A DNA stretch of 63,011 bases, filler included, from Stramenopiles sp. TOSAG23-2 (Eukaryota): the NCBI GenBank assembly GCA_900128395.1. It is 11 parts of 11 records of this genome, joined end to end, with 100 filler letters (N's around TTAATTAATTAA, not from the genome) between each part and the next. Parts side by side here need not be neighbours in the genome. Positions count along the whole stretch, not along the records: positions 6,187 to 12,268 come from LT650522.1; positions 12,369 to 18,445 come from LT650523.1; positions 18,546 to 24,618 come from LT650524.1; 8 more parts are not named here. One strand, 5' to 3'. Positions within the stretch are counted from its first letter, which is position 1; every line of letters begins with the position of its first letter. Position numbers and translations under genes: made by a program. Positions 10,928-22,781 of this stretch are shown here, in pieces. The notes below the pieces were generated by a model, which saw nothing but the letters and a program-made list of their open reading frames with translations, was not told the DNA's origin and made no database searches.

Positions 10928-13246
10928 GATATAATTATTTCTTTTTGAACAATTTTTTAAAAAAGTGGTAGATGCTGTTTCTTTTTTATTGTAAATGGTT
11001 GTACACACACACATTGTACACATACACACTGTGTTTTGGCTGCTCTATTTTCTATACACAGACATAAATAATAAAAATATAGTAGACAAAAAAAAAAAAA
11101 AAGCTGACTCCTCGCTTCTTCTTTCATCATCATCAAGTATATATGTAGAATGTAAGACGACTAGTATACATCTGTTGTACCAAGTACATATTTGATAGGA
11201 AGATATTTTAGTTTCCAACCCTATTTGTCAACATGAATTTTTTTTAATTTTGGGAAATCAACATGTGTACACTATTACCAAATCGATCTTTATTTTAGCT
11301 GTTTTGCAGGGATTCCTAGCGAAATCGATCTTTGTACAAGGATGGATTCCACAAAGGGCACTTTCCAAAAGTAGCAAAAATTACTTGCTATTTCCTTGCT
11401 AGCTTATGCAGGCGGAATCCTGCAATGTAATCTATCCGAGTTTTCGGATAGATTTGGGAGGAAATTTGGACAAATAGCATTGAATAGCATTAGCAACATT
11501 TTCCATTGTGATGCGTTTTAATTCGTAATTTTCCCATGTTATACTTGAAAGCTTAAAGCATACGGTAAGCTTCGAATTTGCTATCTCGTTTCAGGATATT
11601 GTGATGGGATCCGATCATATATTTATACATATGTACGTCCTCGTAACGTTGAATATCCTATCACTTAATGATAAACAGGACACGGTTTTAACATTATCAC
11701 AGCACTAAAGTGTCGTTTTTATCCAATGATAGTCTAAGAATTACAACTCCATTAAAAATCGTCACATAAAACAATAAACCAACTTTATTATTAGTGCATA
11801 GTGCAATACATAATTATAGCTAATACCGGATATATATACTATATAGATTTAATTTATTGACAATACATAACAAGAACGAATAATATATATATAAATACAT
11901 TAGACTATAGCATATCAAAGTATTTAAGTATATATTATAATAAATTGAAAAAGCAATATACAATGGCACGAGGATCAAGTCGGAGAAAACGTAAATATTC
12001 TGGAGGGCAGACAAATGAACGCAAAGAACAAATTACTTCCGTATTGGCTTAAATGCTGCACGTGCAGCAATAGGAGATAGTCCGCCGCAGTATAATATTA
12101 ATACACAACAGAGGTTATAAATTAAAATATATTACTTTTTTATTTTTTTTTATTTTTATGCAAGTTATATTTTAACCTTCTTGATAGGTCATTTATACTT
12201 ATTACTATACAATTTGACATCATTAACTTTTTCCTCATCTACTCCAACACCATTTTAAAAAATAGCATNNNNNNNNNNNNNNNNNNNNNNNNNNNNNNNN
12301 NNNNNNNNNNNNTTAATTAATTAANNNNNNNNNNNNNNNNNNNNNNNNNNNNNNNNNNNNNNNNNNNNTTCATCTGTATTATTGTTGTTGTTGTTACTAT
12401 ATATATATATATGTATATATATATATTGTATTTTTTGTATGATACATATATTGAGTTACTCTCTACCTCAATATATTTGTATTTTAATAGAATCAAAGTT
12501 ATTATTTTTTTCACTCCTTCCTCCCATTATTCATTTGTTGTTTTAATAATAATTACAGTAACCAGGTAAGCTGGTAAGCTGGTAAGCTGGTACAGTAGAC
12601 GACTAAGCTGGTAGTCTAAGCCCTGGTGAGCCAGGTATGTAGATCTAGTCTACGCCAGCTGGCCAGCCTGGGCCAGCCGCCAGCAAGAGCAAGAAAGAGA
12701 GTGGAGCTAGACGACTACAATAATATCCAATATTTATTATATATGCCGCCTATTTATTATAAAAGTAGAATAGCACAATAATGGACAATGGTGATGCAAT
12801 GCACAATACACAATATTGACCTACTGTACAGTATGCAAGTTGCCTATCACTAAATTACTGGGTTTTATCTTTTTTGATATTTACCAACTCTCCCGATGCT
12901 GTGTCTTTGCTATATAGCCGATGCTGTGTATATTGATATTATTAGCACCACACAACATTATTTTTTTGTTCATTTATTGAAAAGGAGGAATATGTGAATG
13001 AAAAAGGTGTTTCTGAAAAAAGAAGGGGAGACGTCATATATTTGGATCATAAATTTATGAAAATAATGCAATACAAACAAACAGAGATAGATACACAAAC
13101 ATAGATAGATACAAACATATATAGACATTATACTTATTTCCCGTGTGTGTGTTTAGGTTTGTGTGCGTGCGCTTGTGTGTGTATATATATATATATATAT
13201 GTAGTTTGAGTTGTTTACGAAACAAAATAAATTTTATAAAAAAAGA

Positions 13247-14188
13247 ATGATGAAAAATTATATCGTAATAACGATTGTTGCATTATTAATATTATCCATT
13301 ACAACCCATGCCAATGCGGAGGGGTTGTTAAGAAAAAATGGACGTAAGGAGAAACAGAAACAATTGCCACTTGAGAAGGAACATGGTGTATCGCATGAGG
13401 TAACGAAACATGAAAATCATGAACAACTTGCTAGTGATTTAAATGCAAAAGTGGAACTAACTGTTGAAAGAAATAGGAATACTACCATGCAAGCAGAGGC
13501 AGATCGAAAGAAAGCTGAAGAAGAGGAAGCACGTCGAAATGCAACGCGAAGAGCAAAAGCAGCGCTAAGTGGCGAGGAAGAAGATGATGATGATAGTACA
13601 GCAAAATGTGAGCTTGTAAAAAATCTTCCTTGTGGCGGCAAGAAAGGTGGTAAATCATACATGTCGTCCTATAATAACACTTTATATACCGTTGATCAGT
13701 ATAGAAAAGCTATGAACGAATTCTATGGATTATTACCAGTACTAAGTGTATTTCATTCACTTGATATGATGGACCAATTTCCACCACCTTTGGAAAAATG
13801 TTTGGACGGATTTAAAGCTGAAACGTGTAATGTTATATTCCCAAAATGCAATGATAAATGTGAAGCGCAGAAACCATGCCATAGTTCATGTACCTCCTTT
13901 GGTAAATGTTCTGCTTGGTTTACCCCTTCATTATTAAGTAACATGCAAAAAGGTGGTGATCATTTTAACATAGTTGAAGGTGTTGTTAAAGATCAAAATT
14001 TGCTGAATATTATTTCAGATATTGTAGATACTTTTACCTCTAAATGTACCGGTGAAAGAAAAGGAGATTTTTATGAATTAAAAGGAAAAAATGTTGATGG
14101 TGAAATGCAGTGTTCGACATCGAAAGGGCCAAGTATTAGAGAGTGTACCATCGTAAAAAAAAAAGAAGAAGCATCAGAGGAAAAGTAA
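13247..14188 (+). CDS. Secreted protein with a Frizzled-type cysteine-rich-like domain
   Basis: Signal peptide (MMKNYIVITIVALLILSITTHANA) and the Cys pattern C..F....C...FPKC......KPC.SSC..F..C typical of FZ-CRD. Confidence 0.6.
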   Translation: MMKNYIVITIVALLILSITTHANAEGLLRKNGRKEKQKQLPLEKEHGVSHEVTKHENHEQLASDLNAKVELTVERNRNTTMQAEADRKKAEEEEARRNATRRAKAALSGEEEDDDDSTAKCELVKNLPCGGKKGGKSYMSSYNNTLYTVDQYRKAMNEFYGLLPVLSVFHSLDMMDQFPPPLEKCLDGFKAETCNVIFPKCNDKCEAQKPCHSSCTSFGKCSAWFTPSLLSNMQKGGDHFNIVEGVVKDQNLLNIISDIVDTFTSKCTGERKGDFYELKGKNVDGEMQCSTSKGPSIRECTIVKKKEEASEEK

Positions 14189-14511
14189 ATCATTATTTTA
14201 AAAAAAAAAACATAAATCTCAAAATACAGTGTATTAATATTTTTAAATATTATAATTAATTTTACGCAAATAATTTATTTTTAATTTATATGCATATATC
14301 AATATATATGAGACGCGTATATTTGTACACTTGTACTTCGCAAAAAATAAATTTAAATTGCGACAACACTCCAAAAAAAATCATTTTTGTACGTACTAGC
14401 GCGTAATAATTTTCTTCCTCCTCATATTTTGTGGTCATCAAAATTGTGAATGATGCCTGCCGGGCCTGCCAGCCTGCCCTAAGATCTACATATATGAAAC
14501 AACCGGAGAAA

Positions 14512-16038
14512 TTATAGACCATATCCAAGCGGGTATTTACCATCTTGTGTTATAATTTTTTTCATTTTACGTCTACGTGTATTTTTATTCGTTCCCAATG
14601 CTATAGCCCCAGCGCGACCAGGTGTATTATATAAATTTGAGTTTATTGGCGATATGTGGATAATTTCCTCTTTTGATCCATCATATATAACATTTCGATA
14701 CAATTTATTATTATTATTACGAACGCTACCATCATTATTCTTCTTATTATTATTATTATTATCAGGAGTGGTGATAGTTGGTTTTTTTAAATGTACAAAA
14801 GCACCATCATCATTCAACACCATGTTGTTGTTATTTACAACATTAGAATCACTAGCTATATTCGAATCGGATTTATCATCATCTACAAATTTTACAACAA
14901 TATTACCTTTCTTCTCCATTTCCACGCCTCTTTCTTCTTGCCAAGCAGCAGAAGCTAAATCTTGTAACATGATCCTTAATATCTCTTTGATTTCATTGAA
15001 ATTTAACGCAGGAATACTGGTATTTAATTGAAACGTAGCGATCATACAAGATATATCATCGTTTAAACTGGCGGAATCTATTTTCAAATTTGTTACAATT
15101 TGTTTTCGTTGGCATAGCATTTGATACAAAACCGTTGAGCGTTGTAAGAACAATTCTGATTTATCACGTCCTTTTAATGGCACTCGTATACTATTTTTTA
15201 AAAAGGAACGTGTGACATCGGTATACCACTGGTTTACTAATGTAACCATTCTTAAATGCAATGCTAAATTCTCCGTGCTACTAGTCACCATGTCACCATT
15301 ATCACTAACTATCATCAGTTCATCTTCCAAATTATTATTTACGATATTGTCGTTATTAGTTTTATTCTTATTTGTTTTTGCTTTATCATGATTCAATTCT
15401 GGCGGTCGTTTGACACGGAATCCTTCTATCATATCTTGTTCATCACGTAAAATAATAGGTGGTGTAGGTGGCATAGCATTCGATAAGTCTTTTTCAACAA
15501 TCTTCAGGGCACTTATAAGATTTGAAGGTTCCTTTGAATAGTTCGAAGAAGTGGCAAATTTTTCATTCCCATCGTTTTGTTGTTGGGCCGTTTTCTTACT
15601 GTGATCTCGCATGTCCCGTAATTGCGGTGATACTTTACTTAAAGATGCATGTAAGACTTTAGACGCTTTCCAACAACTTGTTGAACAAAATGCGTCACGA
15701 CCTTCAATATTTAATAATTCAGCTTTTTTCAACGAGACTCCATATTTACGCCGTTTCTTTTTTAATGTTGCGATTTGATTTTTACAAAATGGATATCCAC
15801 ATACTCCACCAACAGACCTTTCCTCCACTACATCATCCCATAGCGTTGGTGTCAGTAGTTGTATTGTCATACTCATAAGCGTATTGCCAGCCATATCGTT
15901 TTCAACTACATTTATTGGTAAACGCCTCATAATTAATGATTGCTGTATTCCATGTACTTTCCGTACAATGGTTACAGATTTTGGTTCATTCTTTCCATCC
16001 CGCATGTATTTCTTATTTGCATCATTTGCTAATTCCAT
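14512..16038 (-). CDS. RPAP2: RNA polymerase II CTD phosphatase Rtr1/RPAP2-like
   Basis: WDDVVEERSVGGVCGYPFC...FCSTSCWKAS zinc-finger signature. Confidence 0.88.
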   Translation of the reverse strand: MELANDANKKYMRDGKNEPKSVTIVRKVHGIQQSLIMRRLPINVVENDMAGNTLMSMTIQLLTPTLWDDVVEERSVGGVCGYPFCKNQIATLKKKRRKYGVSLKKAELLNIEGRDAFCSTSCWKASKVLHASLSKVSPQLRDMRDHSKKTAQQQNDGNEKFATSSNYSKEPSNLISALKIVEKDLSNAMPPTPPIILRDEQDMIEGFRVKRPPELNHDKAKTNKNKTNNDNIVNNNLEDELMIVSDNGDMVTSSTENLALHLRMVTLVNQWYTDVTRSFLKNSIRVPLKGRDKSELFLQRSTVLYQMLCQRKQIVTNLKIDSASLNDDISCMIATFQLNTSIPALNFNEIKEILRIMLQDLASAAWQEERGVEMEKKGNIVVKFVDDDKSDSNIASDSNVVNNNNMVLNDDGAFVHLKKPTITTPDNNNNNKKNNDGSVRNNNNKLYRNVIYDGSKEEIIHISPINSNLYNTPGRAGAIALGTNKNTRRRKMKKIITQDGKYPLGYGL

Positions 16039-16653
16039 ATTTTATCACAAATATGTACTCTCTATATATTATACAAATAATATGTAGATAGATATTGTTT
16101 CCTATCTTCTCCAAGTAATATGTATGCATTTACAATATAATAATAAATATACATGTAGCTTATTTTGTTGTGTTATATTGTGCTATTATTATTATTATTA
16201 TTATTCGTCGAGGAGAGCGAGTAATAATATACAAACCAGTATTTTAGTATACTATCAGTACAGTATTTAAAATAGCTTTACCTAGTAGGACCTAGAGGTC
16301 TTTGAGAAATAACCTAAAAAATCTACAAAATCGTAAAAACATTCAATATACTTGTTAGTATACAAGTAAATCTCCTATTATAGATGGTTTCTACTTTCTT
16401 CCAGATTTGAATTTTTTATGCACTTATATTATGAAAGGAAATATTGTAAATATATAGTATATCTCTTGAAAAATGTATAGATGGAAGAGAAAAGTATAAA
16501 GAACATTTAGACATACTGTATCATATAATCAACCATAATCATTATTTTACCTGCCACCTAAAAGCAAGGATTTAAAACACTATATTTTTAATAGTTGTAT
16601 CAATCTATTACCAGTCTATATCTAAATTAATAATAATAATTAACAACAATACC

Positions 16654-18445
16654 ATGCCAAGAAGAAGAAAATCATCACCCTCACGTGCAGTAAAATCGTT
16701 ATCAAATGTTGCAACTGTAATTCCAAAAGAGTTAAACTTTCCAAAACAACTAGGTGCGTCCGTAACAAGAACTGTCAAAGTGAAGAACAACGCCAGTAAC
16801 AAATCGTTGGCATTTAAATTGCAATGCAATGCTCCAACACGATACGCTGTCACGCCTGCATCAGGTGTTATAAAACCGGCATCAGAGCAACTTATTAGTG
16901 TTCGTTTAAAAGCATTAGAATCCGTAGAGTTTGAAAATTCTGATAACGACAAATTTTTGGTTCGGGTTACACAGATAGGTGCACAAGAATATGATTTTTC
17001 ATCGGAAAATTGGGCTTCTACACCTAAAAGTGCAGTAATGAAATACTTAATTAAAGTAGCATTCCATACATCATCATCATATGATGACAGCAAATATGAT
17101 GAAGTTGCAAGCGATCCTATGAAAATGTCTAGAAATCAAATTTCGACAAATAATACCAAGCAGCTATGGACACCGCATGCTAATAATAGCAACAACAACA
17201 ATAATAAAAATAATAAAATGAGTCGTTTTTCTACACCTATGGCTCCTGAAATGACAAATTCATCATCTGGTCAAGTTAAACAAGCCGCTCAAGGGTTGAA
17301 AAAGATATGGAGTGAACGTGCCATAAGAAAAAGAGGAAGTGATGATAGTCCACAGGCTGCTAATCGTTATGATAATGCAGTTGCAACTGTAGAGAATGTG
17401 ACTGCCTTGGTAACTTCGGATGATAACAATAATGAAGCGCGTGTTATTGAATTATTAATGAAAGATGGAAGTCGTAAGGAAGAACATAAATTATCGAAGG
17501 AAGAATTACACGAATTGATTGGGTATCGCGGCAAGGTATCAGATGATATTTGGCAACAGTGGGTTGCAAAAGCACAAGCACACAGAGAGAAAAACATAGA
17601 AATGCCACAACAACATAATATTGCAAGTACACCTTTTTCTGTATCAAGAAATAACAATTTCAATAATAATAGACAAGTGCAATCTGTCGGAAAAGTTAGG
17701 ACGGCAAAAAGATTTCAAATTCGAAAGGCACCACAAAGTGTAAAGACGAAGCGTAATTTTGTTGGGACGACAAGAAGAAATACATATATCGGGCAACACA
17801 ATGCACCAGTGAATACAAAATATCCACCTACACAACAGCGATACAATCAATTGGAAAGTAAATCCTATACAGGCGATAGTAATAATAGACCCCCATGGGA
17901 AGGTGTTCAAGGCATGAATAATCCAGGAATTACTCGTTCGAGTGTGTTACGAAAAGTATTAACACGAAAGCCAGATGCTCGCACAGGTGTCTCTACTGCA
18001 AAGAAAGCATCAATTGTGCGTGAATACGTGGAAAATGGTGGCGACTTGAGGAAACACAGCTTGAGGAAAAAAACAGTAAAATTTGGATATGGGATTGTTG
18101 CACGTGCTGAAAGCAATGGTAACAGAGGTAATATTCGTGTTGGAAGCTCTCTGAAGAAAAGTGCTCGGCAGAAACAAAGGAAAAATGTACAAAGAAATGT
18201 GAATAAATTTGCAACAAGAAATATGACCGCTCTGACACCAACAGAAAAATCATTATTAGAGAAAGTTGTAAATTATGAAGCTAGATTAGATGCCGTCGAA
18301 TCGGAGCGGAGCGCAATGATGTCGAAAATTGAACAAATAGAAAAGAAAACAGAGGTTGGTGATAAATCATCATCGTTGTTTTCTCAAAGTACAATTACAA
18401 AAGCAAAAACCAGCAATGCTTCATTGAGTCTCGCTGATTTAACGG
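16654..18445 (+). CDS. MSP (major sperm protein/VAP) domain protein, 3'-truncated by the contig end
   Basis: PKELNF...KVKN...LAFKLQCNAPTRYAVTPASGVIKP...DKFLV MSP domain, followed by a disordered basic region and a coiled coil. Confidence 0.8.
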
Positions 18446-18545
18446 NNNNNNNNNNNNNNNNNNNNNNNNNNNNNNNNNNNNNNNNNNNNTTAATTAATTA
18501 ANNNNNNNNNNNNNNNNNNNNNNNNNNNNNNNNNNNNNNNNNNNN

Positions 18546-18698
18546 GCTGTAACAGATCAAGATGATAAGACAAGCCCAAATCAAGTGGTTCCGTCCACAG
18601 AGCAGAACGAGAAACCGAAAGAAGCGACAGAAGAGACCGCAGTAGCAAGCACCGATGATGATGAAAAAGGAAAAGGAAAAGAAGAATATGTTCATTAA
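18546..18698 (+). CDS. 3' fragment of an unidentified gene
   Basis: Open frame from the contig start (AVTDQDDK...GKEEYVH*) with coding-like composition, followed by an AT-rich UTR. Confidence 0.5.
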   Translation, partial: AVTDQDDKTSPNQVVPSTEQNEKPKEATEETAVASTDDDEKGKGKEEYVH

Positions 18699-18981
18699 AA
18701 AGATACGAGTACTACAAATATTGTGTTGTATTTAAATGAAATTATATTTTTTATATATAATACGAACTGTGCAAGTTCGTATAAAAATAATTTCTTTTTT
18801 TTTATGTTTTTTTTTCTTTTTTATTTTTTTTATACTGGGTGGCGCAATATAAATATTTAATATTTTTATTTACTTTTACGGCCGGCTCCCATATATATAT
18901 ATCATATCAAAGGTGTACAAATTTGTGTACGCACATTTAAAAAGCATTTTATTTATTTTTTGTAATCCATCACTTCCTTCT

Positions 18982-20064
18982 TTACATATTCTCCCTTCTC
19001 TCTGATTTAATTTCAAATGCCCATCGTGTTCTCCTCAAAATGGTTCCCTCGTCGTTTAAACTAATACGCAACATTCTACCGTCCCTACTCATATACCGAG
19101 TTCTACCACTAAAAATGTCTTTGTATTGTTGAAGACTAGCACGCCAACAATTCCACCATCGCGAAAGTATTTGGATATTTAACTGCACTTTTCCATCTTG
19201 AAGGTCAAAATTATGTAGATACGTAATAAGTGGAGCATTCAAATGGTAGCATTCAGCAACTAGGCCCCGAGATTGAAAAATTATGCTCATTTGATCAAGA
19301 GGAAGACCTGTTCTGTTATGTATAACGGATGCTAAATCACCAACAAGAACATGTTGCAATACACTAGGGTAAGTGCCATCTAATTGTAGCAGCGAAGTTA
19401 TGGTGAAGGAATGGTATTTCTGACACAAATCTGAGGCATCAATTTCGAGCTTTTTGTAATTCTGAGTCCTACAAATTGCACGCTGCAATTTAAAAGCCGT
19501 TTTAATACCATGTTCACATCCATTGCGGTAGCGATTTGGTAGTGAAAAACACGTGCATGTGCTTATACTTTTTGGAATTTTTTTAACAAGTTGATCTATT
19601 AATTTTTCATGCCTTGCCGTCATTCCGCGACAATTATGAGCAACAGTTTTCCAACCTTTACTAACACAACACAATACCATAAGTTCTTTGACACTATGGA
19701 TTTCAACTAAATATTTCACAACCAGTAAAAAAGGTAAGTTACCTTTTCCAAATAATGCAACTTCTTCAAGTATTTCCGTATCAGGTTTGTCCACACTCAA
19801 AGAGGGTAGGCATGACTTAAAACATGCCTCAAAATGACCTTTGATCAAATTGCCCTTAAAACGTTGTTTACAAAGTTCACATACCACCATATCATTATTA
19901 ATACTAGCCACACCTCCTTCCACCTGCTGTTGACCGCCATTATTATTATTTCGTAAATTATTATTATTATTATTATTATGAAATAATAATAATGGGGCTT
20001 GTCGTTGTCCAGGTTGTCGCTCTTCCCTTTGCGTGTTATTGAGAACATTCATGATGCCGCTCAT
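18982..20064 (-). CDS. Putative UBZ-type zinc finger + F-box-like + ubiquitin-like protein
   Basis: VVCELCKQRF...IKGHFEAC (C2HC finger), LPFLLVVKYL...VKELMVLCCVSKGWK (F-box-like) and VGDLASVIHNRTGLPLDQMSIIF (UBL-like). Confidence 0.55.
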   Translation of the reverse strand: MSGIMNVLNNTQREERQPGQRQAPLLLFHNNNNNNNLRNNNNGGQQQVEGGVASINNDMVVCELCKQRFKGNLIKGHFEACFKSCLPSLSVDKPDTEILEEVALFGKGNLPFLLVVKYLVEIHSVKELMVLCCVSKGWKTVAHNCRGMTARHEKLIDQLVKKIPKSISTCTCFSLPNRYRNGCEHGIKTAFKLQRAICRTQNYKKLEIDASDLCQKYHSFTITSLLQLDGTYPSVLQHVLVGDLASVIHNRTGLPLDQMSIIFQSRGLVAECYHLNAPLITYLHNFDLQDGKVQLNIQILSRWWNCWRASLQQYKDIFSGRTRYMSRDGRMLRISLNDEGTILRRTRWAFEIKSERRENM

Positions 20065-20697
20065 CTTTTCGACCCTTCTGCAGCATATATAAACAACAAA
20101 AACAAAAACAACAAAGATGATACTATATACTTGATGAGTAAGATCTATCTATATATATTATATTATGGGATAATTATAAATGTGTAATAATAATTTTCAT
20201 ATCCTCGCGTATTTTATTTTATATATGTATTTCCATGTGGTATATGATGTATAGTATGCACACCTGGTACACACACACCTACCGGTATTATAAATATATG
20301 AGTATGCATGGTATGCATACTTACATTTATAATAATACAAAGTTATAAAGTATAATAATCGACGAGTCGCTAAGAATTTAATTTGGAAAATGATGACAAA
20401 AAGCGGAAATTATTTGCATCTGCTGTTTATTGAAATTATTTATTGTACTAACGAGTATCAATTTGGCAAGATGATAAAAATAAAAATGGGAAAAATGGGC
20501 TCAAGTTAGCATTTTATTATTATATGCCATAAATATATAATATATTATTTTGAATAACTGTGTATAGTAGATATATATATATACAAACTGACATTGATAT
20601 ATATCGGATATAGAAGAAGAGAAAATATTATAACTATTGATATAAGAAGAAGAAGAAGAAGAAGAATAGTAACAATTGAACTGTTAACAATAATAAT

Positions 20698-22356
20698 ATG
20701 AAGCATGTAAAAGCAGCGCAAAAAAAAGCTGCTGAAGCGGCAAAAGCAGCAAAAGAGAAAGCTAATGAACTTGCAAACTCTGAAAAAACCAAAGATTTAC
20801 TCAATAAAACGAAAGAGTTAGCAAATAAAACTGCAAATGAAGCCGTTCGTACTGGGAAACGCGTCGGATCATTTGCAAAAGAGAAGGTCGATGATATTGC
20901 TGAAGATATTCAAGAAGTTGCAAAAGCGGAGAATAAGCAAAAGGCGATTCAAAAGATTGCAAAGAATACAGCTAAGGAAATGGCCCAAACTGGGGAAAAA
21001 GTTGTGAAGAACGTCGTTGAAGTAGCTACATCAGAGGATACGAAGAAAGCTATTGCAAAAACGCAAAAAGCAGTCGTTAGTACCACGAATAGTGCTATTA
21101 AAGTTGTTGATAAGAAGACGGATAAATACATCCCGCAAACAAAAAAACGTGTTGAAAAACATATAAATAAAGCAGCGGCTACAGTGAATCCAATATATAA
21201 AGATGCAAAACGAAAAATAAGTGACAGGACCAAGCAATTACATGATTGGGGAAATCAAAAAACATTGGAAATTGCACATACGGCAGGTGTTAAAATTTTG
21301 GATAAAGCTGGTAATAGCATGGCAAGAGCAGCTGGTTCAGATCCAGATATGCCTAATGCCATACGTACAACGATCAAAGCTACTATTGATGATGTTGTCA
21401 AAGATATCAAGATACAAATGGATGAGAATTTAGAATTAATGATTAAAGGAACTGATGAGGAGTATAAAAAGAAAATTCTTGCAAATCCACCAGATTGTTG
21501 TTGTCCTAATCCATACCATTGGTTCAAAGCATGGGTTTTATACACCATGTTCCCACATGATAAAAGTATATGGGCACAATTGAAAAATCCGTGGTATTAT
21601 ATTTTTACCATTATTTCAGTATTTCCATTTGGTGTTTCGCAAGGATGGTGGGTATTGATGTTTCTATTACGGGACAAACATGATGAATATCAATTAGTGA
21701 ATTTTATTGTTTCCATCAAAATTGCTGGTTTTCTTAGTGTTGGTGTCATCCCAACATTTTTAGGTGTGGGTACGTATTTATCATGTGCCAACAATCCTGA
21801 TCAACCATGTTCAACATATGGACCTGGAATGGTGGAAAACTTTTTGTTTACAAATATATATTTTTGTGTACAAATTGCTTGTGTTTACATATGTGCTCTT
21901 TTACTATTCTGTGCAAAGGATAAAGGAGCACGAGTGAATAGTGATAATATTGAGGAAGGCGACCGTCGTGGAAGAAGAAGATTTAGATACTGGGTATTAT
22001 ATGATTTTATAACAATCATTGTAGTCGTGGTATTGATAGTGTTGACACTTAATACATATTCTGCTCCACTTTCGAATACATACATATTTTGGATTAAAGT
22101 CATATATGGATGGTTGAGTCTTCCATGGTTCATATTGAAATTACCACTAATGTTTCCGTTGATTTTACATACACATCCAAGTGCTTATAATCCAGAAGGC
22201 CATTGTGTTGCATATGCAAATTCTAAGGAAAGAGATGAAAATCGCGAAGCAAGACTCGAAAAGTATGGCGGTCACAATTGCTGCACATTGTACTGTTGTT
22301 GTTGTTTTGGTAAATCAAATGTTGAAATGTCTGATAGTAGTGATTCAAATGTTTGA
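20698..22356 (+). CDS. Multi-pass membrane protein with LEA-like Lys/Ala-rich N-terminus and Cys-rich tail; function unknown
   Basis: 552-aa ORF with an amphipathic repeat N-half, about 6 hydrophobic segments and CCCP/CCTLYCCCC clusters. Confidence 0.75.
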   Translation: MKHVKAAQKKAAEAAKAAKEKANELANSEKTKDLLNKTKELANKTANEAVRTGKRVGSFAKEKVDDIAEDIQEVAKAENKQKAIQKIAKNTAKEMAQTGEKVVKNVVEVATSEDTKKAIAKTQKAVVSTTNSAIKVVDKKTDKYIPQTKKRVEKHINKAAATVNPIYKDAKRKISDRTKQLHDWGNQKTLEIAHTAGVKILDKAGNSMARAAGSDPDMPNAIRTTIKATIDDVVKDIKIQMDENLELMIKGTDEEYKKKILANPPDCCCPNPYHWFKAWVLYTMFPHDKSIWAQLKNPWYYIFTIISVFPFGVSQGWWVLMFLLRDKHDEYQLVNFIVSIKIAGFLSVGVIPTFLGVGTYLSCANNPDQPCSTYGPGMVENFLFTNIYFCVQIACVYICALLLFCAKDKGARVNSDNIEEGDRRGRRRFRYWVLYDFITIIVVVVLIVLTLNTYSAPLSNTYIFWIKVIYGWLSLPWFILKLPLMFPLILHTHPSAYNPEGHCVAYANSKERDENREARLEKYGGHNCCTLYCCCCFGKSNVEMSDSSDSNV

Positions 22357-22781
22357 GACAGGTATGCATAGGAAAATGTGGTGAATATAGAGATATATAC
22401 GAGTATATACATGTGTATATTTGTATTATATATATTATAAATGTGTGTGTGCGTGTGTTTGTATCATTATCATAATATTTAAATGAGAGATTATGATGTT
22501 ATACGAAGTTATATATTACGAATATCGTAAATTTAGTATATTTCGTATATATATATATGATATGTATGATATATATTATATTATTTAAAATATATATACC
22601 CGAGTAAAATATGATTAAAATAAATGCGTATATTTTGTAAGAACCCAGTGTTGAGTTGTAATATTTTTTTATAAATATCATACGAATTTTATAAATATAA
22701 TTATAAAAATATAATATGATATATTATATGATAAATTATCATAAAATTATGCATATTTTTTAAATTAAAAGTATCATATTT

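Noticed and set aside
11200-12268. Moderately GC-richer non-coding stretch as a TE or ncRNA
   Set aside because: No TIRs, ORF or recognisable RNA motif found by eye.
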